Shown: positions 51,001 to 54,000 of the stretch, piece after piece
How positions within the stretch are numbered: position 1 is the stretch's first letter
Layout of the letters: the number at the start of each line of letters is the position of its first letter
Assembly: GCA_026387175.1 (NCBI GenBank)
Contig: JAPLME010000010.1
Span: 62,096-126,095 of the forward strand
Length of the DNA: 64,000 nucleotides
DNA from: Candidatus Omnitrophota bacterium
GTDB taxonomy: Bacteria; Omnitrophota; Gorgyraeia; 2-01-FULL-45-10
Direction of reading: 5' to 3'
Translations under genes and position numbers: made by a program
Notes under the pieces: model-generated
What the model was told of the DNA's origin: nothing
Databases searched by the model: none
Seen by the model: only the letters and a program-made list of their open reading frames with translations

Positions 51001-54000
51001 GGTCTTTCGGCAATCAAGCTCTTCGTTAGCAATTCCATTACCGATGAGGAGATGAAGGTGCTTACGCAGATGGCCGAGAACCTTGAGGCGCGTAACCCCG
51101 GAATCATTGCTCAGGTCTCGATGATCGACCTCTACAATATGATGAAGTCGAACGGCACGGTCGAGTCTCTCGAGAAGTCTAAGGCGAAAGCTCCTGTGAT
51201 ACCGGAGCTTAATGCGCGTAAGTACGTAACAGTTATGCTTCCGAAGCTTGGATCGAAGACGTTCGCCATGAGCCTGGAAAGCGCCTATAACCTTATTACA
51301 GGTAAGAGTGTCGCGGGCATGGGCGTCACCGCGGTGATCAGTGTTGCAGTCGCAGGACTAGCGATCGGTGGAATAGTGATGCCCGCGATCATCATTATGA
51401 GCCTCAAAACTATTATTACCGCGGCGGCCGAAGCGGCTAATTACCATTATAGCCTAAAAGTTGCCGAGGGCGGCGCGATTATGATGAAGACCGCCGGCAT
51501 ATTCATCCGGGAAGTAATGCAAGGCGCTATATCAACGTCACTTTACGTATTGATGCTCGGATCAGGTTTCAACTCGCTCGGCGGCTTGGTGTTCGGTGGA
51601 TACAGCCTGGTGAGCGCGGCTCTCTCGTCCGTGAAACAGTCGCTCGGCGAACTTACTTCTTCGCCTATCATCAATGCGATCCTCAATACACTCTTTGTGA
51701 AAGAGCCGGTGGCAAAGACTGCAGTGACATCGAAGGCACAAAAAGCGTCGAATATTGTGCGTGACCTAAAGAAGGCAGATAAGCTTGATTGGAAGAATAT
51801 TATGGACAAGGCGGGCGTTGATAATGAACTTTTACTTCAGATAGTTATCCTTCTGGCGCCAGCGGCGGTTGCCAGGGATGTCGAACGCATGGCAGCTGTT
51901 GACAGTATTCTTCCGAACGCGGTAGACCAGGCACAGGATGTGAGGAATGGCATAAGCGTTTCCGCAGTACTTGCGTCGCTCGCAGCCTATGCTTCAGACC
52001 GAGATGCGGCAGCATCCCTTATCGTCCCATCCATCCTTAAAGGCATAAAATCGGTGAACGCCACGAGCATTCAGCAAGTTGCCGATACCTTAGTAATCGA
52101 CTTCGGTATTGATAAGGCTCAAGCAAAACTTATCGCATACCGGTCCCTCAATTCGAACTACAGTGAATCCGATATTTACAAAATTGAAAATGCCTGGAAA
52201 GGGAAATTTAAGTTCTACGCAGAGAAGACCGGTATACCCGAAGATGTATTCGCAAAGGCCTTTGGTACCGGTGATATGTCGATCGAGAAGATTGAAGCGT
52301 TTATCAGTATTCAGGGCTCTCTCTCCGGGGTTGCTCCGGAAAATATGGGCTTAAGCCGCTTTATGCAGCTTGCCGAAAGTAACGGTATACGAGGTCCTCC
52401 TGAGTTGATAAAACTTGCGATATTCCTTGGTATCCAGCTTCCATTAGAAGTAAAATCCGCAGTAGAGACGGGCAAGATGCTTTCCGCTGATGCCAGAAAT
52501 CTCACGCCGGTGCAAAACGCTATTAGTGCATTAAAACTGAAAGAGAAGTTCGCCGCCATAGAATCTCTGAAAAAGGCGTTCGATGAAGTTGATAAAGGCT
52601 GCGAAACGACGCTTGCCGAAAAGATCTCATTTAATAAAGCGATGGAGATTGCGTTATCGGATGATCCTGCCGCGGCATTTCGTAAGTACATATCTGACAA
52701 AACAGACGGTAACATTAATGATCTTATTAACGCGAGCCTCGCTATGGTCAGTCGAGGCGATATCACTGATCAGAATATAGGGCCGCTCGTTGATCTTGCC
52801 GCAGGTATGCAGGTAGCGGGCCCCATGTCCGCAGACCTTGTCAAAAAGCTTAATATGAATAAATTGGAACGGGATATAAATACCATAGCGTTCCTTGCAG
52901 ATCCTTTTAGGAAAGATATTCCGGTGTCGGCCTTCTCCTTGAGCGGGTATTTGGCCATTGTTTGTTACAACGATGCTAATAGGTGGCTGGATATGGCTAA
53001 AGATCTGTCGAGTCCAATCTTACCTGAAGATAGGAAAGCTTACGCCAAAGAGGCTCTGGTGACATTTGAAATTGCCAGGATAGTTTACGAAAAGCCTGCT
53101 CTTGGGCAGATAACCGAATCAGAAAAACAGATTCAAGATCTTGAGAAGATGGGCCAGAATAATCCCGAATACATCGAACACATAAAGAGCGCAATCGCGC
53201 GTTTACGCGATAGGATCAAGGAGCGCCGGACAGAGGCCGACTCTGGTGTTGAGTTTATATTGTCGCCCACGTTACAAGCGCGCTTGGTGGCTGATCAGCC
53301 GGCGCTGACGGATAGCATTGCAAAAGTGTTTCAAGCTAGGGATGGCAGGCTGTATATAGCCGACTTAGCCAGCATTGCCTTAGAAAGCGTTATTCCCGGA
53401 GCGATGGTAACTCCCGTTGTGATAAAAGGGTTATCAGAGGAGAAGCGGAAAGAATTTGAAAAAGCGTTTGTTGACGCAAGTTTAATATGGAATCCCGAAG
53501 TGGATACGGCGCAGCTTACCATCCGCAGAGATAATTATCTGGCGGCGCTCGAATGGGTTGATATTGCAAAGGATTATGCTAAAGAGAAAGACTTTAGCTC
53601 GGCGCTTGGTGCCCTGAACGAAGGGATCTTGCAGAGTCGCTCCGATGTGCTCGGGAATGACAGCGTAAGCGGCTTAACGAAAGAATGGACGATGCAGTCC
53701 TTGTTACAAGATAAAGAAAAGCGAATAGCGAGCGCTAAGGTATTGAGCGATATGGCCACAGAATTTGCGGGCATTGGCGATTACATCATGGCCGTAGAGG
53801 CGCTTGAACAGGCGGCGGCATTGGATGCCAGGATAGTCGCTAACGCTGATTGGCAGAAGATGGCCAAGGAACAGGATGCGAATAACTGGATAGCTATTGC
53901 TATTGAATATGCCTCTAGTGGCAAAGATAAGTATGCCAGGGCGGCCCTGAAAGAGGCGAAAGATATACTCGGAAGCCGTGCGGCTGAGGTTATTGTCGCG

